Below are positions 10,022 through 19,504 of a stretch of DNA of 61,148 bases, piece by piece; position 1 is the stretch's first letter, and every line of letters begins with the position of its first letter. Source of the DNA: Bacilli bacterium (lineage in GTDB: Bacteria > Bacillota_I > Bacilli_A > ML615J-28 > CAG-698). Location: positions 1 through 61,148 of the forward strand of contig JAEDHQ010000001.1 in the NCBI GenBank assembly GCA_016296945.1. Direction: 5' to 3'. The notes under the pieces are model-generated. The model searched no databases, was not told the DNA's origin, and worked only from the letters and a program-made list of their open reading frames with translations. Both the position numbers and the translations under genes were made by a program.

Positions 10022-10504
10022 ATGGCAAAAAAACAAAAAAATATAAAAAATAAAGCAGTAACAAATAAAAGTCATTATTTTGTTTTAGTTGCTATTATTG
10101 TTCTTGTTGCTACTTTCATTTCATTCTTTATTTTTTCAAATAAAGATCGCTATTATGAATGCACACAATTTCTAGATGGTCAAGGCATTGTTAGTCCAAC
10201 TGCCACTAATAATCGCTTAAAAAACTATGAATATTATCGCTTGTATTTGCATGATGATGGCACATTTGTTTTAAAATATCGTTTAGCAGAAACAAGTGAT
10301 GAACGAAAAGAAACAGGAACATATAAATTTAAAAATAATAATACTAAATTAGTTTTAACTTATAATGATCCAAAACAAGAAATGGATGAAACTTGTACAT
10401 ATACAGTTGATGGCGATTATTTAGTACGTGATGAAACAGTTGAATTTTCGATTGATGATACATATTACTATTATATTGTTCAACAAAAATTTAAGTATAA
10501 ATAA
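10022..10504 (+). CDS. Small membrane-anchored protein, paralog 2
   Basis: AAGGAG RBS. 160 aa. About 35-40% identical to 9527..10006 along the full length. Followed by a strong terminator. Confidence 0.55.
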   Translation: MAKKQKNIKNKAVTNKSHYFVLVAIIVLVATFISFFIFSNKDRYYECTQFLDGQGIVSPTATNNRLKNYEYYRLYLHDDGTFVLKYRLAETSDERKETGTYKFKNNNTKLVLTYNDPKQEMDETCTYTVDGDYLVRDETVEFSIDDTYYYYIVQQKFKYK

Positions 10505-10535
10505 AAATCGGTAAAAACCGATTTTTTTTATTTTT
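10504..10535. terminator. Rho-independent terminator
   Basis: aaaatcggt-aaaa-accgatttt followed by a T8 run. Confidence 0.6.
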
Positions 10536-10544
10536 ATTATTAAT

Positions 10545-11717
10545 TTACTCTTTTACAATTTTACCATCTAGAATAACAATATCCGCATTAGTCATTATAT
10601 CTAATGGATTACCGCTCCAGATAACTACATTTGCACATTTTCCTTCTTTGATACTACCAACTAGATGATCAATTTGACACATTTTAGCGGCATTTATTGT
10701 TACTGCTTTTAAAGCTTCTAATTCTGGTAAACCAGCTTTTACAAATAGTGCAAGTTGCACTAGTGTATGTTGTTGTTCAATTACTGGATGATCTGTCATG
10801 ATTGCAAATTCAATCCCGTTTTCATATAATACTTTACCACTTGCAAATGACTTGTTTTTTAATTCATATTTGCTCTTATCGCCTAATGTTGGTCCAATAA
10901 CAACTTTTGTCTTATTTTTCTTTAAAGATTCGGGAATTAGATAACCTTCTGTACAATGATCAATACTTAAGTTTAAGCCAAATTATTCCCCGATTCGAAT
11001 AGCTGTAGCGATATCGTCAGCTTGATGAGCATGAATCTTGACAAGCATTCCGTCAAATACTCTTGCCAATGATTCTAGTTTTATATTAAAATCTGGTTCT
11101 TTTGCATCTTCACCATTTTCTTTTGCTTTTAAATATTCTTTTTTCTTTTGATAATATTTTTGAGCTTTTGTTAGCCACTCACGCATTATAGCGGCAGATG
11201 CCATTCTTGTTGATGGAGAGTTTTTCATATTACCATAACATCTTTTAGGGTTTTCTCCTAATGCCATTTTCATTGCTAATTCCTTAACTAGGATCATTTC
11301 ATCAACAGTTTTTCCATATGGCTTTAAAGCAGTAAAGGTTCCTCCTATAATATTAGCACTACCTGGTCCTGTACATACTGTAGTTACGCCACTTTCAAGT
11401 GCTTCTTTAAAACAGGGATCATGTGGTTTTACCCCATCAATTCCGCGTAATTCTGGTGTGACTGGATTTGTTATTTCATTAACATCACTGCCTGCCCAAC
11501 CAATTGTTGATTCAATTAAACCGACATGGCAATGAGGATCGACTAAACCAGGAGTAACAAAACGATTATCAGCATTAATAATCATGGCATCTTGATAATC
11601 TGATTCATTAAAAGTACCAATTGCTTTAATTAATCCATTTTCAATTAGTAAATCCATCTTTTGATAGTTTATTTCTTCCATTGTAAGTAAATTTGCATTT
11701 TTGATTAAAATCTTCAT
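10545..11717 (-). pseudogene. Metal-dependent amidohydrolase (COG1228-like), 391 codons, interrupted by a single in-frame TAA at 10983-10985
   Basis: The N-terminus MKILIKNANLL...FVTPGLVDPHCHVG is the classic amidohydrolase HxH start. The C-terminus ANVVIWSGNPLD...ADIVILDGKIV is the classic amidohydrolase end. The 244-aa and 84-aa ORFs are in the same frame, since 11717-10799 is a multiple of 3. The 183 nt between them reads through cleanly (FGLNLSIDHCTEGYLIPE...) apart from one TAA. Confidence 0.7.
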
Positions 11718-11799
11718 TTTTTACACCTCACATAGAAATATTGTATTATAGAATATATATTTTTTCAATACAAATATGAAACACTGTTTTTATTAGCTA

Positions 11800-11852
11800 T
11801 TGACATCTGTATTAACTGTATTATATAATGATGATACTATAATTAATACAGA
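11800..11852 (+). promoter_or_regulatory. Near-consensus sigma-A promoter with a flanking 10-bp inverted repeat, a candidate YtrA-type autoregulatory operator
   Basis: TTGACA (11800-11805), 18-nt spacer, TATAAT (11824-11829). The inverted repeat tctgtattaa (11806-11815) / ttaatacaga (11843-11852) brackets the -10 and the transcription start. Confidence 0.5.
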
Positions 11853-11864
11853 AAGGAGAATCTA

Positions 11865-12206
11865 ATGAACTTTTCTAATAATAATCCTATATATATAGAT
11901 ATCTATAATCAATATAAAAAGTATATTGAATTAGGGATTTATAAACCTAATGACAAGCTTCCTTCAGTTAGAATGCTAGCTAATGATTTAGGAATTAATC
12001 CTAACACTGTCCAACGTGCTTATACAATGTTAGAAGAAAATGGTTTTATTAAAACCTTACCTAAAAAGGGGGTCTATGTTTTAGATACAAATAAAAAAAA
12101 TGCAAGCAAAGAAGAATACTTAAAAAAACAAATCCTATCATTAAAGAATAGTTTTGTAACCAAAGATGAATTATTAAAAATTATTTCGGAGGTATATGAT
12201 GATTAA
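11865..12206 (+). CDS. ytrA: GntR-family (YtrA-subfamily) transcriptional repressor
   Basis: 113 aa. HTH PSVRMLANDLGINPNTVQRAYTMLEENGFI. Short C-terminus typical of the YtrA subfamily. Heads an ABC operon. AGGAGA RBS. Confidence 0.85.
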   Translation: MNFSNNNPIYIDIYNQYKKYIELGIYKPNDKLPSVRMLANDLGINPNTVQRAYTMLEENGFIKTLPKKGVYVLDTNKKNASKEEYLKKQILSLKNSFVTKDELLKIISEVYDD

Positions 12207-13083
12207 AATTAATAACCTTTCAAAAACATTTACAAAGAAAAATGTCTTACGAAATTTGAATTTAGAGATTAAAGATGGATCAATTTTTGGACTAATTGGT
12301 ATCAATGGAGCAGGTAAATCAACTCTCTTGCGATTACTATCAGGTGTTTTAAAAGCTGATAGTGGTGAGATTTTATTTGATGGCATCAATATTTTTGATA
12401 ATGTGAATGTAAAAAAAGATATTTTCTTTTTGCCAGACGAACCATACTATTCAGCAAACTCTACAGCAAAAAATATTGTAGATTTCTATAGTACTTTTTA
12501 TGATCTAAACAAATTAAAGTTTTATGATATTATTTCAAAGTTCAAACTAGATATTAATCATACAATAAAAAATTACTCTAAAGGTATGAAAAGACAGTTA
12601 TTTATTGCTATTGCTTTTGCAATTGCACCAAAATATTTATTTTTAGATGAAGCATTTGATGGACTTGATCCATTAGCTAGATTAATCTTTAAACGTGAGT
12701 TAAATGAACTAATTGCTGAAAAGAAAATCACTGTTATTATTTCAAGCCATAGTTTACGTGAACTTGAAGATATTTGTGATTCTTATGGATTACTAGATGG
12801 TGGTAATATTTCTTATACTGGTTTTATCGAGGATCACAAATCTATTTATCATAAATATCAACTTGCATTTATCAACGAGTTAGAACGCAAAGATTTTGTT
12901 GATATTAATATAGTTTCTTTCAATCGCATTGGAAGAATAATTAAACTTATTGCGAAAGGCGAAGAAGCTGAAATTGATGAAAGGCTGAAAAAATATAATC
13001 CTTTAATTATAGATAAGATTAATATTGATTTTGAAGAATTATTTATTATTGAAGTTGAAGGAAAGGGGTATATCAATGAATAA
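12196..13083 (+). CDS. ABC transporter ATP-binding protein (YtrB-like)
   Basis: Walker A GINGAGKST, signature YSKGMKRQ, Walker B LFLDEAFDGLD. Its start overlaps ytrA (GGAGG RBS). Confidence 0.88.
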   Translation: MMIKINNLSKTFTKKNVLRNLNLEIKDGSIFGLIGINGAGKSTLLRLLSGVLKADSGEILFDGINIFDNVNVKKDIFFLPDEPYYSANSTAKNIVDFYSTFYDLNKLKFYDIISKFKLDINHTIKNYSKGMKRQLFIAIAFAIAPKYLFLDEAFDGLDPLARLIFKRELNELIAEKKITVIISSHSLRELEDICDSYGLLDGGNISYTGFIEDHKSIYHKYQLAFINELERKDFVDINIVSFNRIGRIIKLIAKGEEAEIDERLKKYNPLIIDKINIDFEELFIIEVEGKGYINE

Positions 13084-14077
13084 AGCATATTTTAAACATT
13101 CTTTTTTATCTGAAGTAAAAATGATGTTATTTCTTTTTCTTATTGGATTTCTTTTTTATCCTATAGTTTGTCTTACATCAGATTTTTATCAAGTTACAAA
13201 TATATCACAAAATATTGAAAAAATATCATCAAGTCAAGTTGGGATGGCTATTACTTTTTTAGCGATAATTAGTTATGTAGTCCCTGTAATTAAATTTCAA
13301 TATCTACAAAAGAAAAATCAAATCGATTGCTTTTATTCCTTACCAATTAAAAGAAGAAATTTAACTTTGATCAATTTATTAGTAGGTTATTTACAAATCA
13401 TTATTCCTTATACATTAATATATTTCCTTGGTATGGTAATCACTATACTCAAAACAGATATCTTTCATTATATTTGGTATTTGCCTTTATATGGTATCTC
13501 TTTAATTCTTGCTTTAGGTTTATTCTTATTTAATAGTTTTATTTTTACAAGAGGAAACAGTATCATTGATGGAATCATTATGATGTGTTTATATTCTTTT
13601 GTTGGTTTTTTAACTATTGAAATGTTAAATACTTCCGCAGATAGAAGTATTATCGATGAGGCATACGGAATTACTTTTTCTCCTTTTATTGAAATAGGTA
13701 ATTTTTATGATTATGCAATAAGATATAATAAACATTCTAATAATCTTAATATACTATCGTTTATTTATCCTATTATCTTAGGCATTATTGGAATTGTGGG
13801 AATGATTATTATTCCAAATACCGATAAAGCAGAACGTGCTGAACAAATTACTAATTCATATTGGGGATATCGTGTAATAATTCCGTTTTATTTTCTAAGT
13901 ATTGGTTTCGTAATCTCAGCAAGCACTACTTCATTTATTCTTTTTGTAAGCTTGTTAACTATTGCATATTTGATTGGTGAAGTTATTCATTATCGCAGAT
14001 TTAAACTCCCCCGTAAGGTATTTATCGTTCTTGGTTCTTGTATTCTAGCTCTAATTGTTTTTTCATTACTATTTTAA
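13078..14077 (+). CDS. ABC-2-type multi-TM permease component (YtrC/D-like)
   Basis: Polytopic membrane protein. I prefer the MNKAYF start at 13078 (AAAGGGG RBS), which overlaps the ATPase stop. The tracked ORF started at 13025. Confidence 0.6.
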
Positions 14078-14102
14078 AATTATGCAATATTAGGTAAATA
14101 AA

Positions 14103-14133
14103 AATGACTAGGTTTCCTAGTCATTAATTTTTT
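14103..14133. terminator. Bidirectional rho-independent terminator
   Basis: aatgactagg-tttc-ctagtcatt with T-runs on both strands. Confidence 0.6.
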
Positions 14134-14160
14134 ATTATATTCTTTTATTATTTTTTAAAA

Positions 14161-14850
14161 TTACTCATTTTGATTATTTGGATCACTTTGGCTATCATTA
14201 TCTACTATTTCTGTTTCACCATCAACAAATTTTCCATCTAATTTTTGCATTAGTTTTGAAACTCTCTTATACACAAAGTAGGTAATAACGCATACTATAA
14301 ATGCCAACATTGCATTAAATGGAATGGCAACTGCTAAAATATAATAAAGCATAAAGTTTTGTTCTGTAACGCCATTAACAAAAGACAATAAATTTACAAA
14401 ATATCCAGCATCAAGATGGAACAATTTCATATATGATGGAATAATAATTAACCAGTTTGCTATTGCAGCAAATACTACCCATGAAACAAAAGCACAAACT
14501 AAGGCAATGATTCCACCTGTTTTTGTATGTTCTTTTTTGTAAACTAAAGAACTAATCAAAACACAACTTACGCCAATAACTAAATCAGCAAGTTCTCCAA
14601 CACCTAATGTTCCTGTAAATGGTAGTTTAATTAGTGATCTAATAACAACTACTGTTACACCACCAACTGGACCAACAACAAATCCACAAATGATTGCAGG
14701 AAGATTTGAAAATTGAATATCCAAGTATTCTGGAAACACTGGAATAATCAATGTAGCTGGCATCTTTACATAATAAAGCACAATCGAAAGAGCCGCAAAG
14801 ATTGCAACTTTGGACATGTAGCTAATGCTACTTTTTCTGAAACTTTTCAT
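14161..14850 (-). CDS. ribU: ECF-transporter substrate-specific (S) component for riboflavin, RibU, with a 30-40-aa acidic C-terminal tail
   Basis: 229 aa. Multi-TM ECF S-component fold (FAALSIVLYYVKMP...). Immediately downstream of an FMN riboswitch. C-terminal tail DGETEIVDNDSQSDPNNQNE. Confidence 0.75.
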   Translation of the reverse strand: MKSFRKSSISYMSKVAIFAALSIVLYYVKMPATLIIPVFPEYLDIQFSNLPAIICGFVVGPVGGVTVVVIRSLIKLPFTGTLGVGELADLVIGVSCVLISSLVYKKEHTKTGGIIALVCAFVSWVVFAAIANWLIIIPSYMKLFHLDAGYFVNLLSFVNGVTEQNFMLYYILAVAIPFNAMLAFIVCVITYFVYKRVSKLMQKLDGKFVDGETEIVDNDSQSDPNNQNE

Positions 14851-14975
14851 AAACCCCTATCCTTTCATCTAGACTTTTACTATCGGTATTGGAATTTCAC
14901 CAATTCAGCAATTTAGTTTCTAAATCGCTCGCGGACTATTACCACCGGTCTGGAATTACACCATGCCCCGAATAT
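14851..14975 (-). promoter_or_regulatory. FMN riboswitch (RFN element) in the ribU leader
   Basis: The minus-strand RNA reads uucggggcauggugu aauuccagaccgguggu aauaguccgcg ... uuggugaaauuccaauaccgauaguaaaagucuagaugaaagga. This matches the RFN consensus blocks GGGGCAGGGUGAAAUUCCCGACCGGCGGUAGUAAAGC and CCGACAGUGAAAGUCUGGAUGGGAGA. The SD (aaaggauagggg) lies immediately after the aptamer, which is consistent with translational control. Confidence 0.8.
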
Positions 14976-16927
14976 TAATTTAATATATCATCGATTTGAT
15001 TATTTATCTTCCAATAACTATCATCAATCAAAGATAATAATTTTGAGTGAGGATATTTAATACTTTGTGATTGTTCTTTATCACCAATATTATATGAATA
15101 TTGTAAATATGGAACATAAGTACTGATTGGAGTTTCAATAAATCCATCGACTAGACAATATTTTACACCATCTATTAAAATAAAACAAGTACTAATTGCA
15201 TTATCTGGATCATATATTGAAATCTCGTATATATATTTATCATTTTCAACTCTTAAATTACAATTTTCTAGCTTTGGAGGAATCTTATTTACTTTAATTT
15301 TATCTGAAATTTCCACAGTATCAGTGGTATTATCTTTTTGATACTCAATATTGATTTTATAATCATATTCGGTATCTCTTGCAAAACCACTTACTATTAA
15401 TTGATATGTTTCTTTTGTCGCATCTATTTTATAATCTTTATCATTAATGTTAATTACTATATCTTTTAAAAGATAACCATGCATATCTAAATCTAAATCA
15501 AAAATTATTTCATTTTCGGAAATATTATTTACTTTTAATTTTGCTTCTGGTTTTCTTCTTTCTACTAGTAGTAAAGCACTTAGATTTGCTCTTGCAGAAC
15601 CATCACTTGGAGAATTAATAATTGAGAAGCCTCCATTTTCGTTTTTCACAACAGCTGTAACAGATCCACCACCATCCATTTGATATGCTTCAACAACACC
15701 ATAACTCTTTAATATTGCATTTAATTCCCAAAAGTTTGCACCACTTGCTCCAATATTTTCTTGTAGTCCATCAACAGCTACTAAAACAATTTCACCCGTT
15801 GCAGTTCTACCGACTACAGCACGAGGATATCTTCTAGTATTATATGTATTCGAACTTTCTATTCTATTATCAGTATCATTATATCGTTGAATTGTATGAA
15901 AACCAATTGCTGATTCAACTTTCGCAAAATCACCTTCGATTTCATATTGTACTAATACTCTTTTCCCAACATCTAAAGCTGCAATTAAATTTTGATCATT
16001 CGTATCAATTGCAAAATCACCATAACCAATTGTTGCTGTATTACTTACCTCTGTAATTACACCTTTGCCAAAGAAAGCATTATAAGCATCATTTGGTTTA
16101 TATTGATAATCAATGGAATTTGATGCGTACACTCTTTCCGCATCTTTAATAACATATAAATTACCTGTAATATCTATATCTTTTACAGTTTGCTTAGAAT
16201 CATAATAACTAGTCCAAACAGTTGTTTCATTTAAATATGGTGTCTCATTAATTGCACTTACTTGGAACTTTTCTAAACGATTTCCATCTTCATCTAAAAT
16301 ATATAAGAATATTCCATCAATTCGTAAATCTCCATATTTAATATTAGCAGACCCATTAATAATAGGATCATTTGATCCATTTTGTAGGAATGCGGCAATA
16401 TTTTGTCCGCCACTAACAGGAATTCCGGTCATAATAAACCAACCTTCACTATCACATATCATAGGATAATATGGTTGTGGATAATAATAGTCTTTTCCTA
16501 ATCCCCCTATATTTTCTCCAAAACCAGTAACATATTGGTCAGCATTGATAGCCCCAATTACTTTCCAATCTGGATGATGAAGCTCATAGTCTTGGGCAAT
16601 TGTGGCAACATTTGCTCTTTTCAATTTCCCATCATCTTCGCTAACCGCCCATGTTACTACTTTACTATTTTCTGTTTGTTTTTGAGAAAAAACAAATAAA
16701 GATTGATTAACAGTACTTCCATTATATGTAGTTGTTCCTATTTCATGTTTACAACTAGTATAATCTCCTGTATTATCACTCTTTGTTTCTAAATATGTAT
16801 AGCTAGCAGTTCCATCGTCATTGTAAGTAATCGCTCTCACAACAAAAAACGATGCATTGAAAGTATATAGAATAGAAAATAAAGTTAAAACAAATAATAA
16901 TTTTTTAAGAATACTTTTTAAATTCAT
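14975..16927 (-). CDS. Secreted phosphodiester glycosidase-family protein (DUF2233/NAGPA-like) with C-terminal beta-sandwich repeats
   Basis: Signal peptide MNLKSILKKLLFVLTLFSILYTF...A. Motif AYQMDGGGSVTAV, the DGGGS signature of DUF2233. I prefer the start at the second ATG (16927, GGTGGTGA RBS). The tracked ORF ran to 16945. Confidence 0.5.
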   Translation of the reverse strand: MNLKSILKKLLFVLTLFSILYTFNASFFVVRAITYNDDGTASYTYLETKSDNTGDYTSCKHEIGTTTYNGSTVNQSLFVFSQKQTENSKVVTWAVSEDDGKLKRANVATIAQDYELHHPDWKVIGAINADQYVTGFGENIGGLGKDYYYPQPYYPMICDSEGWFIMTGIPVSGGQNIAAFLQNGSNDPIINGSANIKYGDLRIDGIFLYILDEDGNRLEKFQVSAINETPYLNETTVWTSYYDSKQTVKDIDITGNLYVIKDAERVYASNSIDYQYKPNDAYNAFFGKGVITEVSNTATIGYGDFAIDTNDQNLIAALDVGKRVLVQYEIEGDFAKVESAIGFHTIQRYNDTDNRIESSNTYNTRRYPRAVVGRTATGEIVLVAVDGLQENIGASGANFWELNAILKSYGVVEAYQMDGGGSVTAVVKNENGGFSIINSPSDGSARANLSALLLVERRKPEAKLKVNNISENEIIFDLDLDMHGYLLKDIVININDKDYKIDATKETYQLIVSGFARDTEYDYKINIEYQKDNTTDTVEISDKIKVNKIPPKLENCNLRVENDKYIYEISIYDPDNAISTCFILIDGVKYCLVDGFIETPISTYVPYLQYSYNIGDKEQSQSIKYPHSKLLSLIDDSYWKINNQIDDILN

Positions 16928-17027
16928 ATCATTCACCACCAACATAATTATATTACAATGATTTTAGTTTTTCAAATATATCTTTATTTATTCGACAAAT
17001 TATGATAAAATACCAACAGGTGATTTT

Positions 17028-18185
17028 ATGAGTAAAGTTAGTTTATTAAGAGTTGATAGTTATCAAAACATTGATTTATTAGAAAAAAAGATTAAAGAAG
17101 CAATCTCTTTAATTGGTGATATCGATAAATTAATAAAAAAAGATTCGAAAGTCTTTATTAAATTAAACTGTGTTGGACCTTTTGCAAAAGAAACAGGAAT
17201 TACAACTCATCCTGCTTTTGTAGAAGCGGTTGTAAAAATCATTTTATCAAAAACAAAAAATATTGTCATTGGTGATAATCCTGCCACAAAAGACATTATT
17301 GCTGTTTTAAAGAAAAACGGTGTTTATGAAGTTGTTCAAAAATACAACTTAAAAGTGTTAGATGGTAAAAATGCAGTAAAAATTACTAATCCTAATCCGC
17401 ATATATATAGTGAATTTGAAGTATCAAGAGAATATATTGAAGCTGATACATTAATCAACATTCCAAAATTAAAAACACACACATTAACATACATGACTTG
17501 TGCGGAAAAAAACTTCTTTGGTTTAATCTTTGGTCTTCAAAAAGCTGGTTGGCATGTTAAAGCATCAAACCCATTAGAATTTGGTCAAGCATTAAATGAT
17601 TTATATGGTGCTTTATTAAATTCTTTCCAAGGAAAAACAATTCTTCACTTATGTGATGGAATCCTAGGTCTTGATGGTGATGGCCCATCAACAGGAGGCT
17701 TCCCTGTTATGTGTAATGCCATTTTAGCCTCAACCGATGCAATTAGTCTTGATACAATAGCTTGTCGTTTAGTTAAATTAGATGAAACAAAATGTTTTGT
17801 AACTAATATTGGGGCAGAGCGTGGCTATGGGGATAATTTAAATATCGAACTTTTAGGTGATTCAATAGAAAAATTTGCTGATGTGAAATTTACAGGTCCA
17901 AAATCTACTTTAAGTAGTTTTGGTTTGAGGTTATTAAGAAAAAAATTCTTTAGAAATATGTTACTTGAACATCCTGTAATTAATAAAGATATTTGTTTAC
18001 GATGTGGAGAATGTGCGAAGATTTGCCCACCAAAAACAATGCAAATTAAGCCAAAAGAATTTCCAAAGCTTAAAACAAATCAGTGTATTCGTTGTTGGTG
18101 CTGCGCTGAAGTGTGCCCAGCTAATGCTATTGAAAAGAGTAAACGACCATTGATTGGTAAGATTGTATTCTCAATCAAATTATAA
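17028..18185 (+). CDS. DUF362-domain protein with a C-terminal 2x[4Fe-4S] ferredoxin domain
   Basis: C-terminal CLRCGECAKICP and CIRCWCCAEVCP cluster motifs. The N-terminal about 300 aa resembles the DUF362 family. Confidence 0.65.
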   Translation: MSKVSLLRVDSYQNIDLLEKKIKEAISLIGDIDKLIKKDSKVFIKLNCVGPFAKETGITTHPAFVEAVVKIILSKTKNIVIGDNPATKDIIAVLKKNGVYEVVQKYNLKVLDGKNAVKITNPNPHIYSEFEVSREYIEADTLINIPKLKTHTLTYMTCAEKNFFGLIFGLQKAGWHVKASNPLEFGQALNDLYGALLNSFQGKTILHLCDGILGLDGDGPSTGGFPVMCNAILASTDAISLDTIACRLVKLDETKCFVTNIGAERGYGDNLNIELLGDSIEKFADVKFTGPKSTLSSFGLRLLRKKFFRNMLLEHPVINKDICLRCGECAKICPPKTMQIKPKEFPKLKTNQCIRCWCCAEVCPANAIEKSKRPLIGKIVFSIKL

Positions 18186-18190
18186 AAAAT

Positions 18191-18225
18191 AACACTAGCT
18201 TTACCTTTAGCTAGTGTTTTTAATT
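18191..18225. terminator. Bidirectional terminator
   Basis: aacactagct-ttaccttt-agctagtgtt flanked by T-runs. Confidence 0.55.
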
Positions 18226-18259
18226 TATTATGTTATTATTTCATTTTATATATCTATGA

Positions 18260-18814
18260 TTACTTAACTTTGATATATACTGGATAATAAACTGGATATG
18301 GTTGATACCAAACATAAGAAATATTTAATTCTTGTTCCTTTGATTTAGTTTGTATTTTCTGATTATTTAATTCTTGTTCCTTAGTGTTGTTTTGTGTTTC
18401 CTTAAGATTTGTTACTTCCTTATTTTCCTGATCAGTTAACTCTTTACTTACTTCAATAACATCAGAATCATGATGCTCTTGATTATTCTTAATACTTTCT
18501 GTTTCATCTTTGGAACCATTGAATGAAAAATCATCTGAAAATTGTTGATTATTTTGCTCATCAAATGACTGCTTTTCATTTTGAAAAATAGGCTCTTCAT
18601 TTCGTGGATAATAATCTTCAATAAATGGTTCCATATCAATTATATCCTGATCCGTTGCTTCATTTATAATCGGAATTTTAATTTTTGTTCCGGGTATTAA
18701 CTTATTCCAATCACGAACGTGTCTATTTGCTTCTTTTAATTCACTTATTGTTAACGAATAAATATTTAATATTTCTTTGGTTGTTTCTTGATTTCTCACA
18801 ATATGAAATTTCAT
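18260..18814 (-). CDS. LysM-domain protein with an acidic/Q-rich linker and a Tyr/Pro-rich C-terminus (possible spore-coat/SafA-like or cell-wall-binding protein)
   Basis: N-terminal LysM-like HIVRNQETTKEILNIYSLTISELKEANR...LIPGTKIKIP. C-terminal YVWYQPYPVYYPVYIKVK. The track start is a GTG. The ATG with an AGGTGA RBS is at about 18814-18817. Confidence 0.5.
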   Translation of the reverse strand: MKFHIVRNQETTKEILNIYSLTISELKEANRHVRDWNKLIPGTKIKIPIINEATDQDIIDMEPFIEDYYPRNEEPIFQNEKQSFDEQNNQQFSDDFSFNGSKDETESIKNNQEHHDSDVIEVSKELTDQENKEVTNLKETQNNTKEQELNNQKIQTKSKEQELNISYVWYQPYPVYYPVYIKVK

Positions 18815-18882
18815 CATTATCACCTATTAATTTATATTATGCTTAATGACAAAATATCACAAAAAAATCATAATTTTTTTGA

Positions 18883-19359
18883 TTAGTTCGGGTAGATAAA
18901 CTGTTCTTCTTTAGGATCGTTTAAAAATTCATTTAAATACTTTGAGGCAAATTTTTTAGCTCCACTTAATGACAAATCTTTATAGTTTCCACAATCTCTA
19001 GCACTTGCTCCTGGAATTAATCCTTGATAATTTACAATAAACTCATTCATTTCTTTAACGATAGGATAGATATCTTTAGAGCTTTTTTCTCCGCTTACTA
19101 TTAAATAAAACCCAGTTCTACAACCCATTGGCCCAAAATAAATAATCTCATTTTGGATTTTATGATTACGAAGGAATGTTGCCCCTAGATGCTCAATCGC
19201 ATGCAGTGAGGCTGTATCCATAACTTCATCAATATTTGGTCTGGTATAACGTAAATCAAATGTTGTCACTGGATTATTATTAACATAATCTATTCTTGAG
19301 ACATATAAACCAACTAATAAATCTATATGATTCACTTTAAAACTAGTAATCTTTTCCAT
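18883..19359 (-). CDS. luxS: S-ribosylhomocysteine lyase
   Basis: 158 aa. Metal-binding HxxEH motif (HAIEHLGATFL). Correct length and N-terminus for LuxS. Confidence 0.9.
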   Translation of the reverse strand: MEKITSFKVNHIDLLVGLYVSRIDYVNNNPVTTFDLRYTRPNIDEVMDTASLHAIEHLGATFLRNHKIQNEIIYFGPMGCRTGFYLIVSGEKSSKDIYPIVKEMNEFIVNYQGLIPGASARDCGNYKDLSLSGAKKFASKYLNEFLNDPKEEQFIYPN

Positions 19360-19504
19360 AATCCACCTCTTTAATTATTATTAATTTGCCTTTATTATAT
19401 CAATTTAGGTAAAAAAAATATATTATTTTTGAAAAATAAATATTTTTGTTGTTTTAATTATGTGATAATGGTATAATTTTTACATTAGAGAATGGAGTGA
19501 TTAG

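Noticed and set aside
10545-10799. 84-aa ORF as an independent small gene
   Set aside because: It is in frame with, and contiguous to, the upstream amidohydrolase ORF through a single TAA. It is the C-terminal part of that gene.
14851-14975. Cobalamin riboswitch interpretation of the GGTG.AATTCC-containing leader
   Set aside because: The CCCGCnACnGT / GCCACTG B12-box elements are absent. The sequence fits the FMN (RFN) consensus blocks almost position by position, and the downstream gene is an ECF S component consistent with RibU.
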